From: Sphingobacteriales bacterium
GTDB lineage: Bacteria > Bacteroidota > Bacteroidia > Chitinophagales > Chitinophagaceae
Direction: 5' to 3'
DNA length: 64,000 nucleotides
Assembly: GCA_046317915.1 (NCBI GenBank)
Contig: JBKCVJ010000046.1
Location: 23,352 to 87,351 of the forward strand
Made by a program: the position numbers and the translations under genes. The stretch's first letter is position 1; every line of letters begins with the position of its first letter. The notes below the pieces were generated by a model. That model saw only the letters and a list, made by a program, of their open reading frames with translations. It did not search any database and was not told where the DNA came from. Positions 35,458-44,332 of this stretch are shown in pieces.

Positions 35458-36870
35458 CTACCAAAGTGTTCTGGTCATGCCCACTTTGAAGCCGTATTCC
35501 ATCAGGTGTTCTTTGATGGGATATTCGCTTTTGTAGGATGACATCAGCTGGTAACGTAGTTGTGGGCCGATGTTCCATTTGGTGGCTCCTGTCCGGAAGG
35601 TGATAAAGGCTTCAAATCCGGTATTGAGGTTGAAATTGCGATATAGTGAAGGACTCTGGGCATAATTCTTAAGGTCCGATGAGACCATGTAAGACTGGTT
35701 GTTGATCACATAAGTAGGTTGTATGCTACCCGCAACATTGAATTGAATTCGATTTTTGTTGATCACCGTCCACTCGGCACCAATAGGGATAGATAACATC
35801 ATTCGCTGGTTGCGGAGAGTGGATCTGACACCGGAACCGGTGCTGCGGAAGACAGAGATTGCATTGACCTGTGAGTGACCTATACCTGCGGCGGTCATTG
35901 GAACCAGTTCTGCAGAATTCTGGTAAGCACGTACTTCATACTGCGACATATTAAACTGCAGACCTGTTTTGAAGCGAAGTTTTTTGTTCATGGAGAAAAC
36001 CAATGCGGCACCGGCTTCCACACCTGTCATGGCTTGTTGATCCACCACATTGTTCACATCATCTGAGTAGTTATAGTTACCTGTTGGTGAGTTAAATGTT
36101 TTGATGCCCTGACCGGAAAGACGACGGTAACTCACAGAGGGGGCAACATAGAACTGCAGGCCGAACATGTTCTTGTAAGGCTTCATTACCCGGATCGCGG
36201 TGGTCTTGGGAATATCTTTTTTATTTCCAGCAATCAGTTTACGATCACTATTGGCTGCATTTTTTGAAACGGTTGCAAGAAGGTGCAACTGGTTATTCAT
36301 CACCAGCGATCCTGATTCCAGGTCAGTCGTTGAAGGTGTGGTTACCTCGGTTTCAAGGGAACCGTTGATATTTTCCTTGACATGTTCTTCCACAGATGCC
36401 AAATGAGCATGCACAGGCTTTAGTTTATTGCCGAGATCGATCCTGGCATCAACTGCTTCCGGCTTGGCATTCACATGCACAATACGGAGTGAAGGCGAAA
36501 CCGGTGATTTTCCCAATGCTTCAGTTATCCCTGAATGATTGCTGCCTGTTGGAGGAATGACAGTTTCAGCACCTGGGACAGAACCCTCGGCAATAAGCGA
36601 AGGAACAACGGCTGTTGTCTGTGGAAAACGATTGGATAAATCTTTGGTATTGTTGTTTTGATGACCCCCGGCGATCAAGCTGTCATGAATGTTTCCGCCT
36701 ATACCTAAGCCGATGAAGATCGCGGCTACTAGTACATATGGCCATCTTTTGCGGGGATGGAGCTTGTCATTTACTGCGGCCCACACCCGGTCAGATGGAT
36801 ACAGTTTGTACTGATCCGCCTTCTCCCGAAGGAAGTGCTCAAAGCCACTGTTGTACTCGTTGCTCTCCAT
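35458..36870 (-). CDS. Putative anti-sigma factor with C-terminal outer-membrane beta-barrel (Dma/Reo-like architecture)
   Basis: Charged N-terminus (FEHFLREKADQYKLYPSDRVW), one TM helix, long S/T/P/N-rich linker, amphipathic beta-strands ending FKVGMTRTLW; directly downstream of an ECF sigma. Confidence 0.7.
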   Translation of the reverse strand: MESNEYNSGFEHFLREKADQYKLYPSDRVWAAVNDKLHPRKRWPYVLVAAIFIGLGIGGNIHDSLIAGGHQNNNTKDLSNRFPQTTAVVPSLIAEGSVPGAETVIPPTGSNHSGITEALGKSPVSPSLRIVHVNAKPEAVDARIDLGNKLKPVHAHLASVEEHVKENINGSLETEVTTPSTTDLESGSLVMNNQLHLLATVSKNAANSDRKLIAGNKKDIPKTTAIRVMKPYKNMFGLQFYVAPSVSYRRLSGQGIKTFNSPTGNYNYSDDVNNVVDQQAMTGVEAGAALVFSMNKKLRFKTGLQFNMSQYEVRAYQNSAELVPMTAAGIGHSQVNAISVFRSTGSGVRSTLRNQRMMLSIPIGAEWTVINKNRIQFNVAGSIQPTYVINNQSYMVSSDLKNYAQSPSLYRNFNLNTGFEAFITFRTGATKWNIGPQLRYQLMSSYKSEYPIKEHLMEYGFKVGMTRTLW

Positions 36871-36960
36871 ACGCAGTTAAAAAAGCCGGGTGATATGTTT
36901 CAAAGGATGCCGGACTATCGTTTAAAGACATCGAAACAATCGGTTTCGATGCTTTTCACC

Positions 36961-37536
36961 TTACTGAATTGCCGCTAACCATACGTTTTTCTCGGTATTT
37001 CTGGTAAGGATGTTCTTTCTGACTAGGATATCTTCCAACATGGCTTTTGCTCTGGTATATTGGGAGCGACTTGTGCTTTCTTCTATATCCAGGATCGCGG
37101 CTATTTCCTTATGGGAATAACCCTCAATAGCATATAGGTTAAGAACGGTCCTGTAACCCATGGGCAATAACCGTATGCATTCCACCACTTGTTTCGCCTG
37201 CAGAATGGAAGGAATATTCTCTTCCCGCACAGGCACACTTGCTGCATGGATGATATCTACACTATCTGAAAACTTCTTGTTCTTTTTGAGATTGTTGATA
37301 CAGGTATGGACGATGATCCGCCTGATCCAGCCCTCGAGGGCACCCCTGTTCTGGAACTGATGAATTTGTGTGAAGACCTTAATAAAGCCTTCCTGAAGCA
37401 TGTCTTCAGCGTCTTCCCGGCTTTTTGCATACCGGTAGCAGACAGACAACATCTTGGGGCTGTATCGGTAATACAACTCCTGTTGCGCTGACGCTTCGTT
37501 CCTAAGACATCCCTGAATCAAAAGGTCTTCCGTCAT
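36961..37536 (-). CDS. ECF-type RNA polymerase sigma-70 factor
   Basis: Region 2 DAEDMLQEGFIKVF...LEGWIRRI; region 4 YRTVLNLYAIEGYSHKEIA...STSRSQYTRAK. Confidence 0.93.
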   Translation of the reverse strand: MTEDLLIQGCLRNEASAQQELYYRYSPKMLSVCYRYAKSREDAEDMLQEGFIKVFTQIHQFQNRGALEGWIRRIIVHTCINNLKKNKKFSDSVDIIHAASVPVREENIPSILQAKQVVECIRLLPMGYRTVLNLYAIEGYSHKEIAAILDIEESTSRSQYTRAKAMLEDILVRKNILTRNTEKNVWLAAIQ

Positions 37537-37666
37537 TCAACGAGGTTGATTATCTGTAAGTTAAGATATTTCCCAACGAAAAAATACAAACTCCCTTGTT
37601 AATTTTTGCAATATATTGATATTCAATAGTTTACAAAAAAAAGAGCCCCGTTTCTGTAGCCATTGC

Positions 37667-38236
37667 CTATCTGTTTCCTTTCGCATTTCGGATGCGCCGG
37701 GGATTTATCCATAGCCAAAAGCCTGAAAAGCACAACAAAAGCAGACCCATGCCCACCACCGTTGTAAAGATCAATTTGGTAGGGGTACCCTTTGCATCAA
37801 TATAGTAATCAAGCAGCGACCCATCATGTAGTTTTTCAATCCAGTCTGATCTTCTGACTTCAATGCCAAGCACTTTGCCGCTCGTAAGATCCATCTGCAC
37901 GGATTGAAAATGATGCAGGTAAACAAATTTGGCGATACCCTTGTCTGGCCGGATATCGATCCTGTCGATTGTCAGATCCAAAGACTGGCCCATGCTATCT
38001 TTCAAACCCTTACCTGCAAGGGAGATCAATGTATCGATGGGCAACCAACGGGCAGGGTCAGCCGAAGTACCTTTTGCCGTAGCTGCCTGGAGATAACCCA
38101 TACTGTTCTTTTTCCAGCCCAGCAGGATTCCGGTTGATGCTGATACAAGGATCAGCAAGAGTAGAATGATGCCTGCCTTGTTATGCAGGCTTCTGTACAT
38201 TCTCGTGCTGCTGGAAATGCGGGAAATCTTGTTCAT
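37667..38236 (-). CDS. PepSY-associated TM-helix domain protein
   Basis: RSLHNKAG...STGILLGWK, IDRIDIRPDKG, IEKLHDGS, SGFWLW. Confidence 0.82.
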   Translation of the reverse strand: MNKISRISSSTRMYRSLHNKAGIILLLLILVSASTGILLGWKKNSMGYLQAATAKGTSADPARWLPIDTLISLAGKGLKDSMGQSLDLTIDRIDIRPDKGIAKFVYLHHFQSVQMDLTSGKVLGIEVRRSDWIEKLHDGSLLDYYIDAKGTPTKLIFTTVVGMGLLLLCFSGFWLWINPRRIRNAKGNR

Positions 38237-40443
38237 CAGAATGCTGCTCTAAGTGAAAAAATGAAATTTGAACCTGCTGCAACGATGCCTGACGAGTAGG
38301 GTCTGTACCGTTGGTTAGTGACGTTCTCCCATCCTGCATTCAAGGTAAAGTTTTTGGGAAACGCATAGGCCAACTTCATATTCAGCGTATACCAACTTGG
38401 CGAGTATGGATTACCGTTAGCGTCCTTCGCAAAGATATCTGTTTTTGCCTGCTCCGATGGTGCCATGTCTTCATAGCTAATCTCTCCATTGTAAAACGCA
38501 GAGACCTCCGCAGTCAACTTGCCCCAGGTATACTTTAGGTTGGTATTGCCATAAAATGGAGGCGCATGTGGAAGCGGCACCTGCTCATTTTGGGTATTAT
38601 CTGTTTCCTTGCCCTGGATCCAGTTTGCATTCAGCTGCCAGATCAGATTAGGAGCGAAATAGATTTCTGAGGCAAATTGAACGCCCCATACCGTTGCTTT
38701 TGCAACATTTTGCAAAGCTTCAACGGCCAGCTTGTTACCATCAATGGTTACACTGTCTTGCCCGTTGATCGTGAATGGTCTTTTTACGATAGCATTCTTG
38801 AGGATGCTGTAAAATCCAGTCAATTCCACATTGATCTTTCGATTCAGTCTTTTGGCAAAACCCAATTCAACATTCCATGCATATTCGGATTGTAAATCCG
38901 GATTAGGCACAGTCAGGAAGCCTGGGGTACTCTCAAAGACCTTACCGATGTCATCAATGTTAGGCATCCGGAATCCGGTAGCGATGTTTCCGTTGATCTG
39001 CCATGTGGGTGCAGGTCTGAAGACCAATCCAAGATTTCCGGTAGGTGCTCCATCCTTAAGGCTTATAGACTGGTAAGGGAACTTAATGAAAGTGGTATCA
39101 AACTCCGCTTTCACTGTATTATAACTGAATCGCAACCCGGTTTGTAGCGTGAGCTTTTCACTGATGTTTCTTTTGTAGCTTCCATATAAACCAATGGAAC
39201 TTGTGAAACTTCCATCCGGATATCTAGTCACTGAAGGGTTGGATGCTCCTGTAACAATGTTGGTGGTAGTGCCAATGGAGTTAACCCTGTTCATCACGCC
39301 TTCAATGCCATAGAATAATTCACCCTTCCCCAGTTTTTTGTTTGCATCCCAATTCAGTGTGTATACAGCCACACGCTCGGCCTGCTGGTTCTTGTTGTTG
39401 TTGCCAAAGGCCCTCTCAAACCGGCTTTCATCGTAATCCTGATATCCAATAATCAGCCTTTGTTCGTCATATATTTTGGTAGGAGCGATGGATGTCAGCG
39501 AAAGCTGATGCATGCGCCAGATCATCGGTCCATAATACCATTCGGCATAACGAAGTTTATCTTGCCGATACTGGATCAGCCTGTCGTACCGTGGCGCGGT
39601 GCCCGTATTGGCATAAGTGAATGCATACTGGAGTTCTGTTTTATCGCTGAGTTTGTAGCCCAGTTTGGCCAGTACGTTCCATTGATTATATCCGGAAAAT
39701 CGCTGAACCCTTGGATCTGCATTTTTTACAATGCTATCCACGTTGTTGATCCTTTCCACATACTCCGGACGGAGGTAGCTGTCCTGCCCGCCTTTGGTTC
39801 CCATGCGCAGGTCATCAAATGCGCTGAAGCTGACGGAACCGAGGACAGACCATCGTTTCCAACCGAGGTTGAGATCTGCATGACCCGTTTTTTCTTGATT
39901 GGCCGTAGCATAACGTACAACAGCAGAGCCTTTGGAGAACATTTTTTCATCTTGCGAATAACGGGGCTTAAGGCTATGAAAATCCATCACACCGCCGATG
40001 GCATCGCTTCCATAGATCGTAGAACCTGGGCCAAAGATCACTTCTGCATTTTCCAATGAAAGCGGATCGATGCTGATCACATTTTGGAGGTTTCCGCTTC
40101 TGTAGATCGCATTATTCATGCGTACCCCATCGGCAACAATTAATACACGGTTGGAAGCAAAGCCCCTGATCATGGGGCTGCCGCCACCGAGTTGGCTTTT
40201 TTGCACAAACACTGCACCACTAAATGCCAGCAGGTCAGCCGTAGTTTGCGGGTTTCGGAGCCGGGCCTCCCGCATATTCAAGTTCACGATCTTATTGGGA
40301 ACCTCATTGATTTTCTGTTCCCATTTATTAAATGAGATGATAACGTTTTCAAGATTCTTTACGGAATCTGGCTGGTCCTTTTCCTGCCCTGAAGCATGGT
40401 ACATGCTCATGCATGCGCAAAGGACCATGATCCTTTCCTTCAT
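38236..40443 (-). CDS. TonB-dependent receptor
   Basis: QKSQLGGGSPMIRGF, LENAEVIFGPGSTIYGSDAIGGV, C-terminal NFIFSLRAAF; stop overlaps the PepSY start. Confidence 0.92.
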   Translation of the reverse strand: MKERIMVLCACMSMYHASGQEKDQPDSVKNLENVIISFNKWEQKINEVPNKIVNLNMREARLRNPQTTADLLAFSGAVFVQKSQLGGGSPMIRGFASNRVLIVADGVRMNNAIYRSGNLQNVISIDPLSLENAEVIFGPGSTIYGSDAIGGVMDFHSLKPRYSQDEKMFSKGSAVVRYATANQEKTGHADLNLGWKRWSVLGSVSFSAFDDLRMGTKGGQDSYLRPEYVERINNVDSIVKNADPRVQRFSGYNQWNVLAKLGYKLSDKTELQYAFTYANTGTAPRYDRLIQYRQDKLRYAEWYYGPMIWRMHQLSLTSIAPTKIYDEQRLIIGYQDYDESRFERAFGNNNKNQQAERVAVYTLNWDANKKLGKGELFYGIEGVMNRVNSIGTTTNIVTGASNPSVTRYPDGSFTSSIGLYGSYKRNISEKLTLQTGLRFSYNTVKAEFDTTFIKFPYQSISLKDGAPTGNLGLVFRPAPTWQINGNIATGFRMPNIDDIGKVFESTPGFLTVPNPDLQSEYAWNVELGFAKRLNRKINVELTGFYSILKNAIVKRPFTINGQDSVTIDGNKLAVEALQNVAKATVWGVQFASEIYFAPNLIWQLNANWIQGKETDNTQNEQVPLPHAPPFYGNTNLKYTWGKLTAEVSAFYNGEISYEDMAPSEQAKTDIFAKDANGNPYSPSWYTLNMKLAYAFPKNFTLNAGWENVTNQRYRPYSSGIVAAGSNFIFSLRAAF

Positions 40444-40489
40444 GATAAAAATTTAAGCAGTGATCAAAAAAATAAAAGCGAAACACTGC

Positions 40490-40990
40490 TCAGGATTCCG
40501 GCGGGGGCGTGAGGATGGTTTTGATGGAAGTAGGTAGTACCGATGGTTTTAATTGTTGCCAGCCACTTGCGTCTGTTGCTAAATACACTGGTACAATTGT
40601 TTGACAGGAATGAACGGTCACCGCTTGTGCAAATGCAGCCATGATGGTAACTGCTTTTTTATTTTCACCTGTACTATTCCTGGAAATATTGTTTTCGATT
40701 TCTGTTTCCTTTTCATCATACAAGCCGGTGAGGCGCAGGTATTCTCCGTCTTCAATGATTTGTTTGACGTCAAACATTTTCCCATCAATGCGGCATTCTT
40801 TATGAAGAAAGGTCCAGGTCAGTTCCGATGTCTTTACGCGTATGGTCTGGAGCTGTTCCTTTTCGAGCGTCTCTTTCATCTCCCATCTCGCATACATTTT
40901 TTGTATAGTAAGAATACAGGGATATGCTACGGGCAACAAACTTACCACCAGTAAGAAAGCACAGGTAATATGTAAGCTCGCCTTTTTCAT
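40490..40990 (-). CDS. Hypothetical protein with N-terminal hydrophobic segment and C-terminal PPP
   Basis: ECRIDGKMFDV core, ends TILTPPPES; start overlaps the gpmI stop (TAATG). Confidence 0.7.
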   Translation of the reverse strand: MKKASLHITCAFLLVVSLLPVAYPCILTIQKMYARWEMKETLEKEQLQTIRVKTSELTWTFLHKECRIDGKMFDVKQIIEDGEYLRLTGLYDEKETEIENNISRNSTGENKKAVTIMAAFAQAVTVHSCQTIVPVYLATDASGWQQLKPSVLPTSIKTILTPPPES

Positions 40991-42513
40991 TACAGGAGTT
41001 CATCGCCCGTCATCTCTTTGGGCTTTGCGAGACCCATGACTTTTAGCATTGTGGGTGCCAGGTCTCCCAGCTTACCGGTCTTCACGTCCCCTTTCCAATC
41101 GTTGCTAACAACGATCAGGGGAACGGGATTCATGGTATGCGCAGTATTAGGAGTGCCATCGGCATTGATCATATAATCTGCATTGCCATGATCAGCGATG
41201 ATAAAGATGGTATAGTCTTGCGGCAGTGCGGCCGTTACGAGTCTTTTCACACAGGCGTCCACGGTTTCAACCGCTTTGATCACGGCTTCCCACACGCCGG
41301 TATGGCCCACCATATCCGCATTGGCGTAGTTGATACAGATGAAGCCTGCTTCGCCTTTGTTGATCTCAGGAACCAGGGCATCTGTCAGTTCTACTGCGCT
41401 CATTTCAGGTTTGAGGTCATAGGTGGCTACCTTGGGCGACGGCACCATGATCCTGGATTCTCCTTCAAAAGGAACTTCCCTGCCACCATTGAAGAAAAAA
41501 GTCACGTGCGGATATTTTTCTGTTTCGGCGATGCGGATCTGTTTTACGCCGGCTTTTTCCAAGACTTCCCCAATGGTGTTTACCAGATTATCCGTTTCAA
41601 AAATCACGTTTACACCTTTGTAAGTCTTATCGTATTCCGTCATCGTGGTATAGTGCAGTTTCAGGGTATGCATGCCATGGTCAGGCATGTCTTCCTGTGT
41701 CAGCACCTGGGTGATCTCCCGGCATCGGTCTGTCCTGAAATTGAAACAGATCACCGCATCTCCTTCCTTGAGGGTTGCAAGGGGTTGGCCGTTAGAACTT
41801 GTCTGGATGATGGGTTTGATGAATTCGTCAGTGACGTTCTGCGCATAGGATTGTTCAATGGCCGGGAGGATCTCTGAAACTTTTTCACCCATGCCCAAGA
41901 CCAATGCATCATAAGCCAGTTTCACCCTTTCCCATCGCTTATCCCGGTCCATGGCGTAGTACCTTCCTGTTACGGAAGCAATTTTACCCGTTGTTTTTCC
42001 GAGATGGTCATGCAGGTCTTTCAAAAAGCCAAGACCACTCTTAGGGTCTGTATCACGGCCATCGGTAAATGCATGTATATAGACTTCGGGGATCCCCTCG
42101 GCCTGACAAATTGAAGTGATGGCCTTGATATGGTTGATATGGGAATGCACCCCGCCGTCACTGACGAGTCCGAGCAGGTGAAGGGGTTTTTTGTTTGTTT
42201 TTGCATAATCCAGGGCGGTACGAAACACCGGGTTTGCCGCAAGCTCACCCGTTCTGATGGCCACATTGATCCTTTGCAGTTCCTGGTAAACGATCCTGCC
42301 CGCGCCGATGTTCAGGTGACCCACTTCGCTGTTCCCCATCTGGCCTTCCGGAAGACCCACCGCTTCACCAAAAGTGACCAGGGTAGTGTGCGGATACTGC
42401 ATCCATAGTGAATTTACGAAGGGAACCTGCGCGTGTTGAATTGCGTCACTCGCGGGGACCTGGCCAAGCCCCCAGCCGTCCATAATGATCAGCAATACTT
42501 TCTTTCCGTTCAT
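40990..42513 (-). CDS. gpmI: 2,3-bisphosphoglycerate-independent phosphoglycerate mutase
   Basis: LIIMDGWG, QMGNSEVGH, GRYYAMDRD, AETEKYPHVTFFF, ADHGNA, TAHT. Confidence 0.97.
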   Translation of the reverse strand: MNGKKVLLIIMDGWGLGQVPASDAIQHAQVPFVNSLWMQYPHTTLVTFGEAVGLPEGQMGNSEVGHLNIGAGRIVYQELQRINVAIRTGELAANPVFRTALDYAKTNKKPLHLLGLVSDGGVHSHINHIKAITSICQAEGIPEVYIHAFTDGRDTDPKSGLGFLKDLHDHLGKTTGKIASVTGRYYAMDRDKRWERVKLAYDALVLGMGEKVSEILPAIEQSYAQNVTDEFIKPIIQTSSNGQPLATLKEGDAVICFNFRTDRCREITQVLTQEDMPDHGMHTLKLHYTTMTEYDKTYKGVNVIFETDNLVNTIGEVLEKAGVKQIRIAETEKYPHVTFFFNGGREVPFEGESRIMVPSPKVATYDLKPEMSAVELTDALVPEINKGEAGFICINYANADMVGHTGVWEAVIKAVETVDACVKRLVTAALPQDYTIFIIADHGNADYMINADGTPNTAHTMNPVPLIVVSNDWKGDVKTGKLGDLAPTMLKVMGLAKPKEMTGDELL

Positions 42514-42573
42514 ATGGTAAAGCTACGCCAAAACTTGGCACATTTTTCGCAAGGATACGTCGTAGTATAACTC

Positions 42574-42951
42574 ATGCCTCTGTTTGTAAGAACTATATCA
42601 CTCATTACCGTATTCCTGGTTGTCAGTTCTTTTGACTTCACTGTGGATGAGATTTTCGGTGCCATCCGCAGGGGTGATGCCGTTAAAATATCCCGTCATT
42701 TTGATAACCTTGTGGAGATCACTGTGGCGGAGAAAAGCTGCTCTTACAGCAAAACCCAGGCTGAACTGGTGTTGCGGGATTTCTTCACTACACATTCCGT
42801 CCGCAATTTTATCATGCACCACAAAACCAACAGCAATAATGCTGATTATTATGTTGGAAAACTCAGTACCTCAAAAGGAGAGTTCCGCACTACCGTACTG
42901 GTAAAAACCCGAGGCGAGAAACGGGTGGTGCAAGAACTTAGGTTTGAATAG
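42574..42951 (+). CDS. DUF4783-family protein
   Basis: Signal-like N-terminus; YSKTQAELVLRDFF motif; gpmI/nadC context. Confidence 0.75.
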   Translation: MPLFVRTISLITVFLVVSSFDFTVDEIFGAIRRGDAVKISRHFDNLVEITVAEKSCSYSKTQAELVLRDFFTTHSVRNFIMHHKTNSNNADYYVGKLSTSKGEFRTTVLVKTRGEKRVVQELRFE

Positions 42952-42976
42952 CTATAAGCTAGTAGCTATTAGCTAT
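42949..42976. repeat. (TAGCTAT)x4 heptamer array beginning at the stop codon
   Basis: tagctat aagctag tagctat tagctat. Confidence 0.8.
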
Positions 42977-42984
42977 TTTTGGTC

Positions 42985-43842
42985 ATGCTTTCATTTGACC
43001 AGGCACTTGAACAACTTGTTGCTGCAGCCATCATAGAAGATGTTGGCGACGGCGATCACTCCACGCTTAGTACCATCGCTCCTGATGCAAGGGGCAAAGC
43101 CATTTTAAAAATAAAGGATGAAGGTATTCTCGCAGGCGTAGCCGTAGCGGAGAAAATTTTTCATATGCTGGAGCCTGGCTCCGTGCTGCACATCTATCGA
43201 AAGGATGGTGATGTGATGGTTAAGGGCGATATCGCTTTTGAGGTGTCCGCATCTATACATACCATCTTGAAAGGGGAACGCCTTGTCCTGAATATTATGC
43301 AGCGTATGAGTGGCATTGCCACGCTGACGCGGCAGTATACGGACAAGTTGAAAGGATATCACACCCGCGTATTGGACACACGAAAAACCACACCCAATTT
43401 CCGATTGCTGGAAAAAGAAGCTGTACGTATCGGGGGAGGTATCAACCATCGTTTTGGACTGTATAATATGATCATGCTTAAAGACAACCATATTGATTAT
43501 TGCGGCGGTTTGACGAAAGCGATCAACCTTGCGCATGAGTATGTACAAGAAGTGAAGCCCGGATTGAAAATAGAAGTAGAGACCAGATCTTTAGACGATG
43601 TGGCTACAGTTGTGCAGATGGGGAAAGGCAAGGTGTTTCGGATCATGCTGGATAATTTTACACCGGAGAAAATAAGTGAAGCCTTACAGCTGATCAATGG
43701 ACAGTTTGAAACCGAAGCCAGTGGCGGCATCAATCTCGAAAATATTGAAGCCTATGCTGCAACCGGAGTGGACTATGTTTCTGTTGGGGCACTGATTCAC
43801 CAGGCAAGAAGCCTGGACCTGAGCCTGAAAGCTCAGGTCTAA
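42985..43842 (+). CDS. nadC: Nicotinate-nucleotide diphosphorylase (carboxylating), quinolinate phosphoribosyltransferase
   Basis: ERLVLNIMQRMSGIAT, DTRKTTP, HRFGL, IMLDN, EASGG. Confidence 0.96.
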   Translation: MLSFDQALEQLVAAAIIEDVGDGDHSTLSTIAPDARGKAILKIKDEGILAGVAVAEKIFHMLEPGSVLHIYRKDGDVMVKGDIAFEVSASIHTILKGERLVLNIMQRMSGIATLTRQYTDKLKGYHTRVLDTRKTTPNFRLLEKEAVRIGGGINHRFGLYNMIMLKDNHIDYCGGLTKAINLAHEYVQEVKPGLKIEVETRSLDDVATVVQMGKGKVFRIMLDNFTPEKISEALQLINGQFETEASGGINLENIEAYAATGVDYVSVGALIHQARSLDLSLKAQV

Positions 43843-43876
43843 TGCGTCAATTTGATAATGCGGCAATGCGGTAATT
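43838..43876. repeat. Octamer array x5 (reverse orientation) filling the nadC-SUI1 gap
   Basis: tctaatgc gtcaattt gataatgc ggcaatgc ggtaatt, followed directly by ATG. Confidence 0.8.
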
Positions 43877-44212
43877 ATGAGCAAGAAGAATAAAGCAGAC
43901 AAAAGCGGATTCGTGTTTAGCACAGATCCTACTTTTCAGTTTGAACATGAAGCACAGGAAGAGCAGGAGACCCTGCCTCCGGAGAAACAGAAACTCCGGA
44001 TCATGCTGGATAAAAAGCAACGTGCCGGTAAGGCAGTGACACTCGTCACGGGGTTTGTTGGAAAGCCTGATGATCTGGAAGAACTCGGTAAAAAAGCCAA
44101 GCAATTTTGCGGTACCGGTGGGTCTGTGAAAGATGGTGAGATCATTATCCAAGGAGATCAGCGGGAGAAGGTGCGGCAGTTTCTGATCAAGATGAAATAT
44201 ACACTGCTCTAG
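43877..44212 (+). CDS. Translation initiation factor SUI1/YciH family
   Basis: RAGKAVTLVTGF, CGTGGSVKDGEIIIQGD. Confidence 0.92.
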   Translation: MSKKNKADKSGFVFSTDPTFQFEHEAQEEQETLPPEKQKLRIMLDKKQRAGKAVTLVTGFVGKPDDLEELGKKAKQFCGTGGSVKDGEIIIQGDQREKVRQFLIKMKYTLL

Positions 44213-44329
44213 CAATTGACAATTGGCAATTGACAATTAACAATTGGCACTAGTCTTTGGATATCTAAAGATTAGTCTCTAATTACCAGTGCCAATTGCT
44301 AATTATTAATTGCCAATTGTCAATTGCTA
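44210..44329. repeat. REP/MITE-like element: 45-bp inverted arms of six heptamers (TRRCAAT x5, TGGCACT) plus RGT; 30-nt spacer
   Basis: Arms 44210-44254 and 44285-44329, 41/45 complementary; lies between convergent SUI1 and icd. Confidence 0.88.
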
Positions 44330-44332
44330 ACC

